From NCBI RefSeq assembly GCF_037042905.1, contig NC_087252.1, forward strand, positions 1,862,001 through 1,926,000: 64,000 nt of DNA. The letters are read 5' to 3'. This DNA comes from Lytechinus pictus. Taxonomy: Eukaryota. The notes below the pieces were generated by a model. It was not told the DNA's origin and made no database searches. It saw only the letters and a list, made by a program, of their open reading frames with translations. How positions within the stretch are numbered: position 1 is the first letter of the stretch; every line of letters begins with the position of its first letter. This document shows, one piece after another, positions 49,709 to 64,000 of the stretch. The position numbers and the translations under genes were made by a program.

Positions 49709-50532
49709 GTGGGGCAAGGAAGATATGAGGGGCGAATAAAGACTGAAAGGTGGAGAGAAAGAAACAGGGGGGGGGGGTGACACTGATCTCTAAGAGAGGA
49801 AGAGGGGGGGGGGGTGTATGGAAAGGGAACAAATGAAAAGATAAAGGGGTTATAAAGGGGAGTACTTTAGTGATCACATGATGTGTTTGATATATTATCA
49901 GTTTCTCTCTTTTCTATTTTCCTCCTTAATCTTCAAGTTCTTAATATTCTTCTCCCCCTCTTCTTCTTCTTCTCCTCCTCCTCCTTCTCCCAATTCTACG
50001 TCTATTTCTCGCACTACTCATTTTCTTACTTCATATAACATTTGCAGTAAGACTTAGCCTTGGATGGTTACCAAGAAAGAAAAATCCTACAATATTTACT
50101 ATGTGAAAATCAAAATTCCTCTTCACATCCACCATCCAGTCACAAGAATTTTCTTGCTTCGCTTCCTAAATTTGGTTAATCATTATGTGTAAATTTGATG
50201 AGCGCCAGCTACGAACACCGGGCCAAAAGGTCAAATCCAGGACAAAAGCTTTCTCCTTGGGGCGATTCACCGAAATGGTAAGATAGATCTAGTACTAGTA
50301 TTTTTTAGAAATAAAGTCATAATGCCATTATAAGGTGTGTATTTCGATTCTAATGTTATTGATGAATGTTTGTTGAGGTATTGACCAAATATTGTGCATT
50401 ATAATATATATTTTCCATGTTCTTTTTGATGAAAATTTCTGTAATCCTAATCTGTAGCCCCATGTATTGACTTATTTGCTGGATGAATAAATGTCGATGC
50501 ACGTCACAGCTGTTACTTTTGTTAGGCAAAAG

Positions 50533-51490
50533 CTTCGGTCTCTGTTATGTTGGTTGTTCAGCTGAACTCCGTTGGCTTCACTCACCAAATACAGAGACCG
50601 AAGTTCTAGCGCGATCTGTACAGGGGACTCAATGGCCATATGTTTATGTGTATTAAGTTCGGATAAAACAGGGCAGTGAAGTTGCGCGACAGCCGAGGTA
50701 AGTCACTGTTTTTGTTCCTTTTAACTTGATTTTCCCTGTTTTTTGGCAATTGATGCCAAGAGGGAATATTAATTTGCATTTCGGTCGCGTTAATTTTCAA
50801 AAGTTTGATTCATTAAAGACAAAAATTGAAGAGCCCCGACGGGGGGATTTTGCATTGTAAGTCCCCTAATGGTGGCTGCACGATAGCGAGCCGTCTGTGT
50901 ATGAGGAGTAATTTAAAAAAAAAAAAAATGTTAAAAAACTCCTCGAAACAGACGGCTGCCAGCTGTCTAGGATCCATAATGATAATGCATGCCAAAGGAA
51001 ATAGGTGCTAGGCAAACATTAGACAGTTTAGACCAAAAGTTTTGCCTTCGGTCTCTGTTATGTTGGTTGTTCAGCTGAACTTCATTGGCTTCACTCACCA
51101 ATTACAGAGACCGAAGTTCTAGCGCGATCTGTACAGGGGACTCAATGGCCATTATGTTTATGTGTATTAAGTTCGGATAAAACAGGGCAGTGAAGTTGCG
51201 CGACAGGCGAGGTAAGTCACTGTTTTTGTTCCTTTTAACTTGATTTTCCCCGTTTTTTGGCAATAAATGCCAAGAGGGAATATTAATTTGCATTTCGGTC
51301 GCGTTAATTTTAAAAATTTTGATTCATTAAAGACAAAAATTGAAGAGCCTCGACGGGGGGATTTTGCATTGTAAGTCCCCTAATGGTGGCTGCACGATAG
51401 CAAGCCGTCTGTGTACGAGGAGAATTAAAAAAATAAAAAAATGTTAAAAAACTCCTCGAAACAGATGGCTGCCAGCTGTCTAGGCAAACA
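50533..51490 (+). repeat. Direct duplication (period 513 bp) of a probable non-coding first exon and promoter segment
   Basis: Copies start at 50533 and 51046; each contains CGAG|GTAAGT (GT at 50698 and 51212). Confidence 0.85.
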
Positions 51491-54091
51491 TTTCCAATTC
51501 TCTAGACTCTGTCTCTGCTTGATTGGAAATTTAGAAACATGCATTTGCATCCAAAACTAATGTAATTGTAGTAGGCCTAGCCTAAGTTAGTAACGTCAAT
51601 CTTCGAGATAGGCTGCAGAGCTTTTTGAAGATTATAGCTGATGATGATGATGCATTATTTGAGTGAAGAAAAGGGTACTAGGTTCTAATGCAGTTTCACA
51701 CTGGCCGACTTCGAGCAAATTTCCCCACCAGTAGTTGGTCTCTCAGTCACATTTCGAGGTCAATAAACATAGGATATGCCCATCGCTTTAAATTATTGTG
51801 ATAGAGAACGGCTGTATTTTGGCTTTGATCCCAACGTCATCACTTGAATTCTCAGGCATCGCTTTGCTTGGCTTCGCCATATGGACTAAGCCTGCGTCAA
51901 ATCAATATTAAAATCGGTGTTCGATTGATGTCATCGAGCGCCTGTGCAGATTTTGCAAAATCGGTGCATCGAAAAAAAAAAAAAAAATATGTCAGCTGGC
52001 CGATTCGTTTGGTTCAACACAATCAATCATCAAAAATCAAAATAACAGTAATGTCCAACTTGACTACTACTTACTTGATTTATATTGCCCCCAAAATGAA
52101 ACCGATTGTGTAATTATGATGCCTATTCACCATTAATTTGAAGTTTATTTCGATCATAGTTCGAGTCTTACTCGTCTGCTCGTGCCGAGATAATTGATGC
52201 ACGATGAATTCATGAATGGAAGTCGCCATAGATCGTGCATGCGCAGTACCGTGCTTTAATCAAACCAGAAAATGGCCGGAAAATTGGTGCGATCAACGTA
52301 AAATAAATCTTGCTTTCATGAACAATATCGATATCATGACCATAGAACACGATTTAATCGTAATAATTAACAATAATTTGCATATGATAATCATTAATAT
52401 GAATTTAGAGCTTGATGTGAAACGTTTGTATTTCGTATAAATTTTCAATGACGGCCGGACATCACATGACGATCGACTTGAGTGAGTGCACTTGTCTAAA
52501 AAAATAAAATATATCACGTCAGGATTGATTCTCGAACATTGTCAACATTCAGAAACTCTTTTCAAGATCGTAATATCACCATATAATAACATTTTACATG
52601 ACAAAACAGAGAAATTGCGTTTGATATTTTTCCCATCAATTTGAAGCTAGTTTGTGCCCAACTTTGGGCTCTGATTTCATGAATGGAAAATATGTCATAC
52701 GTCATCGAACTGGCATGCGCAATGTACTTCTTTTCTCGGAGCTCGGAGACGTCGTCCAGAGATGGAATAAAAATAAAGATACTGCCAGTATAATACTATT
52801 AATTCTTCCATATGAACATAACATACTTTGCTGACATCGTCATTATTTTTAGTATGGCCATAAAATCTTATTAATCGTAATTATTTAACATCCAATAATA
52901 ATTTATATGAATTTAGAGCTCGATCTGAGACATTCGTATTTATTTCGATCGCATGCTCTTGTGTCTGACTTTAAAATAAAGAATGGATTATCAGGATTAA
53001 TTCTTGAACATCGTCATAACTCATATTCCACAATATTTCCTCACAATCGTTATATCAGCATTGAATACCAATTCAAATGACCATCCAGAGAAAATTACGT
53101 ATTTATTCCCATCAATTTATTTGGAGCTCATTTTGGATCCAACTACCCCGCCAACTACACAATCTCAGGCAAGTTACAGCGCTCTCCGCTGGTCGCACTT
53201 GTTTGCTGGCGCTGGCAAGCACGTACGCCTGTCGTTTCGGGAGAGTGAGTGTACGGGGCTGCGGACAGGGCTGGTGTGTGCGAGTCTGGACTGCGAGTGC
53301 TCGTTGACCGAAAATCATTTCTTTTGTTTTTTATTGTTTGAATTATACAATATTTCATTTTTTACAGATTTAACGACAAGGACCAACTTCACTGAACCAT
53401 ATAGTATTACACAATGCTTATTACACATGTTCAGGGAGAAATTAATAATTGTTTCACTTGACAATGAGGAGAAATTGAGAATATTTCATATTTCTTGTAA
53501 TAAAATACAAAAAAAGAAATAGTGAGTGGATGACGTCATCAGCCTCCTCATTTGCATACCAACCAGGATGTGCATATAACTGTTTTGTGAAATTAAGCGA
53601 AACTTTAAAATGTCATAACTTTCTTATTTTACATCCGATTTTGATGAAATTTTCTGCCTTGTGCTTGTTGGATTTTTATCTTTTTATTCAAATCAACTTT
53701 TTGTTGGAGTGGACTTTTCCTTTAAGTTTCTTATAAAAATGAATTGCAATTGTATGGAAATTAGTATTTTGGGTCACAAAAGTGATGTTTTAATGATTTT
53801 TTTAAAGTGTGTGCTGTGTACCGCATTGGCATACCATATAGATCTACATGTATTCCCCACAGGCAGGGTGGTTGCAGAGCAATTTTCTCAAGTTGTATAT
53901 CATTTTCAAGCTTTAGGATGTGCTTTTTCAAACTCAATGAAAATCTCAAAATTCATTTTGGGCGATGTATTGTTGGTTTTGGGGTGTCTGGTCACACATG
54001 TACTTTCCTATTCTGTAAAGTGAAATTTAAGCAATTCTTTTCCTAATTTACTTGAATGATTAATCTTTGAATTTTTATTATTTATTTTTAG

Positions 54092-57000
54092 GACCGCTTA
54101 TCATGATGCAGTACCAAAGGAACAACTTGAAGCTCCAAACAACTCAACACACCATCATAACACCCAGCTTGCTAACATGGAACCAAAGCAAGAATTGAAA
54201 GAATGGGATGGGCCTGCTACTGCTCTTGACCTGAGCATCAAGAAACCGACTAGTCCCTGGTTAAAAGATTCTGGAGAGGATGGGGACACCACTGCTGGAG
54301 AGGAGAAACCTTTACGAGGCGAGCTTTCATCTGGTGGAAGAGAAAACTCGGTTTCATCTGAAAACGTTGAAGAAGAGGTGAAGGAGAAATTCTTGCCAAA
54401 GGTGAATAACTTTAAAGCACATAAAGGACAGCATAGTGATTCTGTATCCTCAAGTGTGGTCGATATAGCTGCCTGTCCGTTGCCTGAATTGCCTCGGGAG
54501 GATAACGTGGAAGGCACACGTAAGGATGGCACAGAGTGTGCAGAAAGGGATGACAATCTATCAAGTGCAATGTCTGCGGGCGCGGATATACTTCTCCATC
54601 GCCATGCCGATTCTCCTTGTCCTCCTCAAGTGACAGAGTCAATTCCTCCTGCCTTGCCAGTGGAAGATTCCACCTCACCATGTAACCTCAAGGTAGAACC
54701 GAGAAGTCCATCACCGCAAGCAACGGACCATGCCAGTCACGACTCGCCCATCCCGGATTCCACATTTCCTGAAGTGGTGCCAAAGACAGATCCCGGCAGT
54801 CCAACGCCACCCACAGACAGGACTTCAAGCAGCACCAGTAGCACAGATCATAGCCCTGGTCCTTCGTGCACCAGTAGCACCGATGCCAGCCCTGTTCCTT
54901 CGAGACCGTTCAGCTGCATGCTTCCCATCCTGTCAATACCCAAGGTTAGACTGAGACAGAATAGGAGTGAGGGTCAATCATCCTGGACTCATGTGCCGTC
55001 GGACTCGCCTTCTCTGAACGTAGGGGGATACTTCCTAGATGGATGTGGAGGGTCAACGTCTGGAGAACAGAGCGGCTTGGATCCCATGGATTACAGCAGT
55101 AAGGTAATTATATGGTGGGAAGACCTTGGTCCTCGATTATGTAAAATGTACCATCACTAGCAACAGTTTAAGACCTACCCGAAAATTTGTGTGCATCGCA
55201 CATGTTATAAAATTTTATAATATGCTGTAATACAATGTAGTTTCATTGAAAAAATAGTTTGTATATAATTTGATTCTGTGTTTGATTTGAATGAAATAAA
55301 GGGAAATGAGTTTAAAGAAATTGTCCAATAGCTTGACTAATCCTCTTGGTCAATATCAGTCTGTAACCCTAACTTCCGCTTTGTCCTATTCAATGCTGTG
55401 CATGCTTCATTATTAAAGGTCAAGTCTACCCAGGAGAATTTTGATTTTGATTAGAATCAATAGAAAAAAAAAAAACAAGCATATTGCTGAAAATTTCATG
55501 AATATTGGATGTGAACTATTAAAGAAAGTTATGAACTATTAAAGAAAGCTAAGACATTTTAAAGTTTCACTTATTTATCAAAATGAGCGTGATCGGTTCA
55601 TCACGGACGGACATTTGATAGATTTTGAAAACTTTGAAAGCTTGTAACAAATTAGGAATAAGATGAACATGGTTCCTTTGTGTTTTATAGTGAAGGGTAG
55701 GGCAAAGTATGTTGAATGATGAAAAAAAATTGTTGCCATGGTTACCTACAAACATAGGTAGCCACTAAATGTGCCATATCACGGACGGACATGATAGAAA
55801 TGTGGTTTTCAGAATTTTTGAACATTTTTATTGTTTCTATCTAAATAGCTTAACTTTGACCAATAATTGTTAATGCAACTTACACTCGGGTATGTTAGCT
55901 TCTATGTTTAGCATATTGAATTCTTAACCAATATCAAACTTCCGAGAGAATTGCAAATATTTTCCATCACGGACGGACATCTCGGACGGACATCACGGAC
56001 GGACACAATTAAAATACATTGGAAGTACCTTGTAAGAAGTTCTTATTACTTGTTTGGGGGAACAAATGCTATTGTATTGATGATTTGTACATTCTTTATA
56101 TGATTAAACAATATTAGTTGCACAATCAAGTTGCTACAACTTCAATCAAGTTGCTACAACTTGATTTAAGTTGTAGCAACATGATTTTTATGCTAGACAC
56201 ACAAAATAATCTAGCCATATGATTGCTTTTAAACACAGTTCTTTTCAAAATCAAATATCCTAATGCACATTGTCTTCTTTTCAATTTAGAGAATACTGTA
56301 GTTGGTACCAAATCAACATCCAGTGGATCAATGATCATGTTGATACTTTTCATGATATATCATGATGATACATGTATGTTCATACATTTTTAGGCATTAA
56401 TTTTCGAAGAGCACAGATTTTTTTATGTCCAGTAACTAAATCCAAAAGATTCACAGGTAAGGTTGCTTATCATTATGCTTGTTTGGTGGATCAAGTATGA
56501 CCACAACACTTGTCTAGGCTCTCTTCAAATTCATCTTTTGTCCATATTAAAGTGGAGGGTTACACTTCGTAATTCCGAAGGTTCTTGATTCCGAAGGTTC
56601 GTAATTCCGAAACACGCAAATTGCCTATACCTCGATGTTCGTTAATCCGAAAACGTAAAAGGGTTCGTTAGTCCGAACATTTGTGGCGTTATTCCGAAGG
56701 TTCGATAATCCGAAAACGAAATAAGGTTCGATGTTCTGAAGGTTCCTTAATCCGAAAACGAAATAAGGTTCGTTGTTCCGAAGGTTCCTTAATCCGAAAA
56801 CGAAATAAGGTTCGTTGTTCCGAAGGTTCGTCAGTCCGAAAACGAAATAAGGTTAGTTAATCATTTAGTTTTCGGACTAACGAACCTTCGGAATTACGAA
56901 CCTCATTTCTTTTTCGGATTAACGAACCTTCGGAATTACGAACCTCACTTCGTTTTCGGACTAACGAACCTTCGGAATTACGTACTTCATTTCGTTTTCG

Positions 57001-60000
57001 GACTAACGAACTTTCGGAATTACGAACCTTCGGAAATACGAACCTTCGGAATAACGAACCTTCGCAATAACTGAACCTTCGGAATAACGAAGCTTCGGAA
57101 TTACGAATGTATGCGAAAGTGGAGACACCCCTTCACATCAACAGCCCTCATGTATTTAGGCCCTGACTGAATCCAAAATTGAAATCAGATACCAATTAAA
57201 CTTCTAAACACTGCAGTGCAAGCTTTATATGAATTGTATGCATTTTCACAGATTTCTAGATCAGCAATTTGCTCAAAATTAGCTCCAAAATGGACTTTAA
57301 AAAAAGGAATTCTTGTACTTTTCACAAGCCTCAAGGACGTGATGTCATGTTCTGTTAGAAGCATTGTGAATCCATGGAAAAAAATGATGATTTTTTTTTT
57401 CTGCTTATCAGAATATGCATTCTCCTTTCTTCTTTTCCATCACTTTCTGCAAGCTTCAATTGATGAAATATACAGCTTTTGACTTATTCTTGCTCTATTT
57501 CATTTCCTGCTTTTTGGCATACATGTAGCTTCCAACTCTATCTGCATTCCAATTATGTTTTTAAAAAAATTCCTGACAACAATTAAACCCCAATAACAGC
57601 CAAAGAAAGATTTCACAAAAAATTGTGAAGAGTTGTAGGTTTCCATCCATTTGAGTTCTGAATAATTCTCAGTGCCATTTTCACTGCAAATTGGAACTAA
57701 AATTGAATTCATAATCTGCTCAGTATTTGCTCATTGTCTGTCCGTGATGAAATTAATGTCCGTCTGCGATTAATTTGATTGATTTATGATATGGATAAAA
57801 TGTATGGATGTTAGCTATATTCAAATGAAATGATGTACAGTGTCTAGTGAGATGCTTCTACACACTTTTATTTTCGTTTCTATTCTGATAAAGAATAAAA
57901 AGCTGAATCCATACATATTATCCATATCATAAACTCAATAAAAATTATCACAGACGGACATTAATTTCATCACGGACGGAAATTTCAAAATGGAATGTTA
58001 ACATCTAGCAGAAAAATTTACTTCCCATATTTTTTCTACTAATTTATGTTTGATGATAGATTAATGTTCAGAGTACAAGAAAATCCAAACCAAATTGGAG
58101 TAACTTTGAAAACACTAAAACTAGAGTGAATTGAATTTGAGTGAATTTACATTGTCCGTCCGTGATGAAATTAATGTCCGTCCGTGATCATTTTTGATTG
58201 AGTTTATGATATGAATAAAATGTATGGATTTCAGCTATGTTCAAATAAAATGATGTACAGTGTTTAGTGAGATACCTCTACACCTTTTTATTTTTTATTT
58301 CTATTCTGATAAAAAGTAAAAAAACTTTTTATATTTTTTTTCATCACGGACGGAAATTTCAAAATGGAAATGTTCACACCTACCAAAAAAAATTACTTCC
58401 CAATATTTTTTTTCTACTAATTTATGTTTGGTAATACATTAATGTTCAGAGTGCAAGAACATCCAAACCAAATTAGAATAACTTGAAAAACAATAAAACT
58501 AGAGAGAATTTAATTTGAGTAAAAATGTCCGTCCGTGATGAGAGGTAATAGCACCCCCACAAATAAAATGGACTATTCCAGTACTTTCGGATTTATCAAT
58601 CTTCATGAAACTGAGTTCTTTGAAACCTGAGATATCAAAGATTGTCTTAAAAGCAATTTTGATAGAAATATTAAAAAAAAAAAAATTCACCTCAATGCTA
58701 ACCCTTAACCGATCATGCTCAAATACAGTATACAGTATCAGTAATATGCAAACAAGAGAGTCAATGATGTCCATCACTATTTCTTTTGTTTTTCTATTGT
58801 GAGAATTATACAATATTTCAATTTTTACAGATTTGGCAATAATGACCAACTTAAATGAACCACAAAATGTTAAAACAATGCTAATTTAGGAAAAATAAAA
58901 CTTTGTATCACATGACAATGAGAAAAAAAAAGAAATATTTCATATTCATAAAATGAAAAACAAAAGAAATAGCGAGTGAATGATGTCATCAGTCCCCTCA
59001 TTTGCATTCTGATTAGGATGTGCATGTAACTGTTTTGTGAAATTAAGCAAAACTTTGAAATATCTTAACTTTCTTATTTTACATCTGATTTTGATGAAAT
59101 TTTCAGTCTTAAGCTAGTTGGATTTTTCCCTTTTTAATCAAATCAACTTTTTGCTGCTCAAGGTGGACTTCGTCCTTTATGACTCCAACCTTCCATCTCA
59201 TTGAAACTTTACTATATTTGTCCATAGAGACTTGGTCAATGTCAGCATTACCACCTTACCTTCACTTTGCCATGTTCAATGCATACATGTACATGTAGAT
59301 CTTTTCAAAACGTTCCTACTGAATCTCTTATATATTTGTCTATACACACTTTATAGTCAATGTCCCCATTACCCTCACGCACTTCCCTCTTTGTCCTGTT
59401 CAGTGCATCTAATCGAAAGTCTCCTACCTTCCGATAGAATCTTTTTATTTGTCCATACAGACTTGGTCAATGTCCGCATTACCCTCATGTAGGGCTACTG
59501 TACATGTACATTTACTTCCCTTTTTTTTCCTGTTCAATGCATCTTATCAAAACTCTAATATTCCTACTGAATCTTTTATATTTGTCCATACTGTCTTGGC
59601 CAATGTCAGCATTACCCTTACCTTCACTTTGCCCTGTTCAACACATGATCTTATCAAAACTCTCCAACCTTCCTACTGAATCTTTAAATATTCTTCCATA
59701 CAGTCTTGGTCAATGTCAGCGGAAAGTGGAACCGATGACCCGATGTTGAGACCCTCCCTTCTTCAGATGGCTCTACAGCATGGGTCAACTCAAGTCAACA
59801 TTCCAGCCACTTCACAGGTACAATGTAGGATAGTTCACCAACCCTTGGCCGGTATTCAGTTCCATTCTAACCGGTCAAGTCCATCCCAGAAGAAGAATGA
59901 TTTGATTCAATATAGAAAAATCAAACAAGCAGAATGCTGAAAATTTCATCAAAATTGGATGTAAAAAAAGAAAGTTACAATGTTTCAAATTCTCGCTTAT

Positions 60001-63000
60001 TTTTTACAAAAGTTATATGCACAACTCAGTGATATAGATGAGAGAGTCAACGATGTCCATCACTCACTACGTGTATTTCACTTTTTTATTTGTTTGAATT
60101 ATACAATATTTCAATATTTACAGATTTGACAATAAGGACCAACTTGACTGAGCCATAAAATGTCATAACAATGGTAATTCCACTTGTTCAGGGAGGAGCA
60201 TAACTTGATTTACAGGACAATAAAGAAGAAAATAACAATATTTAACTTTTCATATAATAGAAAAAAAACAAAATCGTGAGTAAGTGATGTCATCGGTCAC
60301 CTCATTTGCATACAGACCAGGATGTGCATACGGGCTATTCCACGGTTACTCACGTTACATTTGGAGACACCTTGACTCATACTTGGAGCTGTAACTCCAT
60401 TATTATTGATAGGAACTAAACATCTCCTTATCACAACAAAGTACACAGTCTGACTATCCTTTGTATAAAAACAAAACTTGGGAAATTTTATTATGCTCCT
60501 GGCAAATCTTTGGAATGTGTCGGTTACTCACGTTACATGATTTGGACATGCATAAAATGAAAAGTCGACATAAGTGAAAAGTCTCCTCATACAAGGCTTT
60601 TATGAAAGTTGATTATATCCATTTCAAAGAAGTATATTAGGGAGACAAACTTTGTACATAATTAAAAAAATAAAGAACACATGGTTTTTACTTGGGGTGC
60701 AGATAATATGGTTACTCACGTTACGGTTACTCACATTACATTTTGTCCATGTATAGTTAACAACACAAATGTCATTAAAAATTCAATGTGTGTAAAATTC
60801 ATTGCTAGGAACATCAAAAAGAGAGATTTTATACAAAAAATTGGAACAATTGGAGCTTTATTAGTAAGTAAGAGGGAAAAGTATGATTTTGCTTACTAAT
60901 TATGCATAAATTAGCATAATTGCTTAATACCAATTTGAATGAAATAAATTACTGTATAGTATTGTAGATTATGTCCAAGACAACCTGCGTGCAAATTTTC
61001 GGCGTGATCGTGCAGCCAATGGCCGAGATCTCAAGGGGGGCCTGGGAGGCCCCACCCACCCCCCCCCCCCCTTGGGCCATATTAACTCCCAAAATACCCC
61101 AGCCTAGATAGGGTTACAGGTAAGGACATTCAATGTGTTGTTCGAACACTCTTTAGAGTTTGGTTAATCGAAACCAAGTCTTACTAATGCACTTTCGCAT
61201 TGTGAATACTTCTACTAATATTCAATTTTTTGTGTGATTGTATGACCACTGATATTTTGATGAACAAAGAGGTGTACCCTCATTTTGCTTTTAATTAATC
61301 AAAAATAACTTAACAACTCACCATGAGACTTAAAACTTGACATCCCACAGAAAATGTTACCTAACTGCATCATTTTTACAGGTTACTCACATTACATGAT
61401 GGTTACTCACGTTACAAAGTTACTCACGTTACAGTTTTTCTTCATCATTTTTATAAAAAATTGTACTTTTTAATGATTTTTATAGTCATCACTGTGTCAA
61501 AGATTGTTTGAAGGAAGAGAATTTAAAATCCCACCAATTAACTGTGAAGAATTTTTCTCTCAGAAAACAAAGTCAGTTTTTTCGGTTACTCACGTTACAT
61601 CACCTGACCAGGTTGCAATATTCATTTTTGAATGAGTACTACAAATTTACTTGAAAAGCTGTTGTGTATTTTAGGTAATTTGACTCTTCTAAACTTCAGA
61701 AATATATAAAGTGGTATGTTGTTGCAATAACAAAATGGTAAAAAGGCATATTTCATTTTTCACTATTTTTCTTGTATTTTGGTACAGAATGGAAGACACA
61801 ACTTTTGACCATTTTTTTCCAAAGTATAGATATGAAAATAAACTTTTTATTTTTTGTTCCTGAAACTATCATGTATGAAGGACTTAAAGTATTAAAAAAT
61901 TCAAGAAAATATTGAATTTGAATTTTTAAGCTCATGTCCACCAACCTGTGGAATTGCCCATATAGATATTTTGTGAAATTAAGCGAAACTTAAAAATGTC
62001 ATAGCTTTCTTATTTTACATCCACTTGTTCAATTTTTCTCTTTTTATTAAGAGTAACTTTTTGTTAGGGTTGACTTGTGAAATAAACCCTTGCAGCAAGT
62101 TAGCTTTTGTGAAAGCACAAAAACCAGAGCATATGAAATGTCAAGATCAATAATGCTCTCTTTTTATTTTTTTAAAGAGATTTATAACTAATTAAACTTT
62201 GAAAATCATGCCTCTGTGTGAAGTCACACATGTTTTCTATTGTTTGAATTACAGATTTGACATTAAGGGCTAACTTGACTAAACCATAAAATGTTCGAAC
62301 AATTCAACGCGTTTAGAAATGTCAAATTTCATATTTTACATCCGATTTTGATAAAAATTTTTTTAGTGTTATGCTTGTTGGATTTTTTTATTTTTATTTA
62401 AATCAACGTTTTATTTGGGTGAATTTTTCCTTAAAACATTTTACCTACAGTAAATTTGGTTTACTAAAGACAAATATACAAATAGGAGATGGATGCTTAA
62501 AATGGTTACTCTTATTTGATTACTGGCCTTGGTTTACATGTATGTATGTTGTAAAATACTTTCTTATAGTTTTCTTATTGTACAATAGTGTCATAACATG
62601 GCACAACAACAAGTCATACATGTATTTGTGTTTATAAATTTTCAAGAGTGGCATGGACATACTCTTGGCAATAATTTTGCACTCTTTGTACCCACAGCTT
62701 TTGTTATTTTGCCAACAAATGACTCACGCCTCTTAAACATTTCAATTATTGCCTTACATGTTCATGTACATGTAATTCATATATTAAAGGGTATGAATTA
62801 AGACTCTCCTAATGTACATATCCCCATGGCATGAGATTTATTGTGTGAAGGCTTTATCTTCATTTGATATCCTTATACATGGTGTAGTGGTTCACTCACT
62901 TGACTCCTAAACCAAGGGTTGAGGGTTCAAATACCATCCAGCGCTAATGTCCTGTGGCAGATACTTATCCATGTTTGCCACTCTCCACCCAGGTGTTAAA

Positions 63001-64000
63001 TGGGTACCCGGTAGGATGTGAACGTCATTGTGATTACATTGGCACATGTGCATCAATAAATTAACGGTTGCCTGGCCAGATACTTCCCAGGGAGTGGAGA
63101 TGGTGCACTTTATGTGTGGAACATTGATGGATTCTGTTACCATGGTAATGATAAATACAAAGTAAAGCACTTAAGTATGAAGCGCTTTATAAATCTAACT
63201 ATTACTATTAACATTATTATTAGTATAATTATGTTGTGGTTATTTTCAGGCGCTGGAAGAGCAAATGGAACTGAGACGAACAGGAAGTAGTTTAGGGACA
63301 TGCCCCACCTTGCCCATCAACCCCAAGAATTCTGGAAAAGCCAAACCTCGTACCAAGACTCGGGAGAAGCGCTACTACCAGTGTGAACATTGTAATATCA
63401 TCTATGAGCAACCCCGTAAGCTCGAACGGCACCTACAAGATCTTGTCGGCAAACCACCTTACGTGTGCTGTTACTGCGACATGGCATTTCCAACTCTTGG
63501 CTGTAAGAGGTTTCACTCTCGTCTACATGAGGACAAGACCATGCCATGTCCGTACTGCCCGAAGGTATTCCATGAAAGGCGCAGGTATGATGATCATGTC
63601 CGCTCGCATACAGGCGAAGCACCGTTTATGTGTCAGGAGTGTGGAAACGTTTACCGTACACGGAGTGCGCTCCGCATCCACAAACGCACACATGGCAATG
63701 ACAAGCCCTTGCAGTGTCGTTTCTGCCCCAAGCGTTTCATTCGGATTGGAGATGTTCAGGTGCATGAACGCACCCATACGGGAGAGAAGCCCTACAAATG
63801 CGGGATCTGCGAGAGTTCCTTTGCCACCAGCAGCCAAGTCAATCGCCACAGACGGACACATTCAGAAGAGCGCCCCCATCAATGTTCCTATTGCAATAAG
63901 ACTTTCAAGAATCCAGACTATCTGATAACTCATGAAAAAATGCATCTTGGCCATAAGCCACACCACTGCAAGTACTGTCCTAAACAGTTCCGTACCCCAA
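54092..64000 (+). CDS. C2H2 zinc-finger protein, 3'-incomplete; exons 54092-55103, 59704-59817, 63250->64000
   Basis: The exon from 63250 reads ALEEQMELRR...YQCEHCNI..., CCYCDMAF...HSRLH, CPYCPKVF...HVRSHTGEAPFMCQECG...HTGEKPYKCGIC, i.e. tandem C2H2 fingers with TGEKP linkers. Upstream exons join in phase 0 with AG/GT sites and encode a Ser/Pro-rich region with ALDLS and PMDYS (CtBP-binding-like) motifs. The frame is open to the 54092 acceptor, so the true start may lie upstream. Confidence 0.85.
55597..58541. mobile_element. TIR element with TCATCACGGACGGACATTT termini and subterminal repeats, in the ZNF intron
   Basis: Inverted ends and many internal CACGGACGGAC / GTCCGTCCGTG motifs; inserted into a Kolobok-like MITE. 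Confidence 0.7.
56558..57115. mobile_element. Foldback MITE with 9-bp TSD (Mutator-like)
   Basis: TTCCGAAGGTTCG / CGAACCTTCGGAA arrays in inverted arrangement; TSD AAAGTGGAG at 56549-56557 and 57116-57124. Confidence 0.85.
59190..59722 (+). repeat. Degenerate ~115-130-bp tandem repeat (5 units) ending in a ZNF exon acceptor
   Basis: Recurrent TCCATACAG-(A/T)CTTGGTCAATGTCAGC-like motif at ~59221, 59339, 59452, 59585 and 59695. Confidence 0.75.
60332..61959. mobile_element. TIR element with GGTTACTCACGTTAC subrepeats, nested in a MITE
   Basis: GGGCTATTCCAC / GTGGAATTGCCC ends; host MITE sequence resumes on both sides. Confidence 0.65.
62878..63222 (+). mobile_element. tRNA-derived SINE, same type as 1393-1657
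   Basis: GGTGTAGTGG...GGTTCAAATACC head, GCCACTCTCCACCCAGGTGTTAAATGGGTACC core (MetaSINE-like), and ATT-rich tail. Confidence 0.75.

Noticed and set aside
52380..53120. Degenerate ~500-bp direct repeat and ORF 53004-53522
   Set aside because: Old repeat-like sequence; the ORF runs into a MITE and shows no coding signal.
63383..63925. 180-aa ORF from the ORF track
   Set aside because: Wrong frame. The C2H2 frame starts at 63250 and has no stop in the window, so the track missed it.

Overview
AT-rich, intron-containing, repeat-dense animal genomic DNA. The MITE and SINE repertoire suggests an echinoderm such as a sea urchin (inference). Two host genes are supported: a PIH1D2-like gene on the minus strand (4 coding exons, 26176-33048) and a multi-exon C2H2 zinc-finger gene on the plus strand (from 54092 to beyond the window end). 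Positions ~4-24.5 kb form a nested transposon cluster: a Harbinger Myb/SANT relic; a broken and rearranged BEND5-like gene; a decayed TatD-family nuclease lying just upstream of a polypurine tract (PPT) and LTR-like end; a TSD-bounded IS3EU-type element (6-bp TSD) carrying a hAT MITE with a ~230-bp palindrome; a Kolobok-type transposase fragment; and three tandem capsid-only Gypsy gag cassettes. A full-length hAT transposon with an apparently intact spliced transposase sits upstream of the PIH1D2 coding exons. The strongest novelty candidates are the TatD cargo in an LTR element, a palindromic element that carries a copy of its own target site in a central hairpin loop (42608-43022), and the tandem capsid-only gag array. 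All family assignments come from motif recognition by eye; no searches were run.
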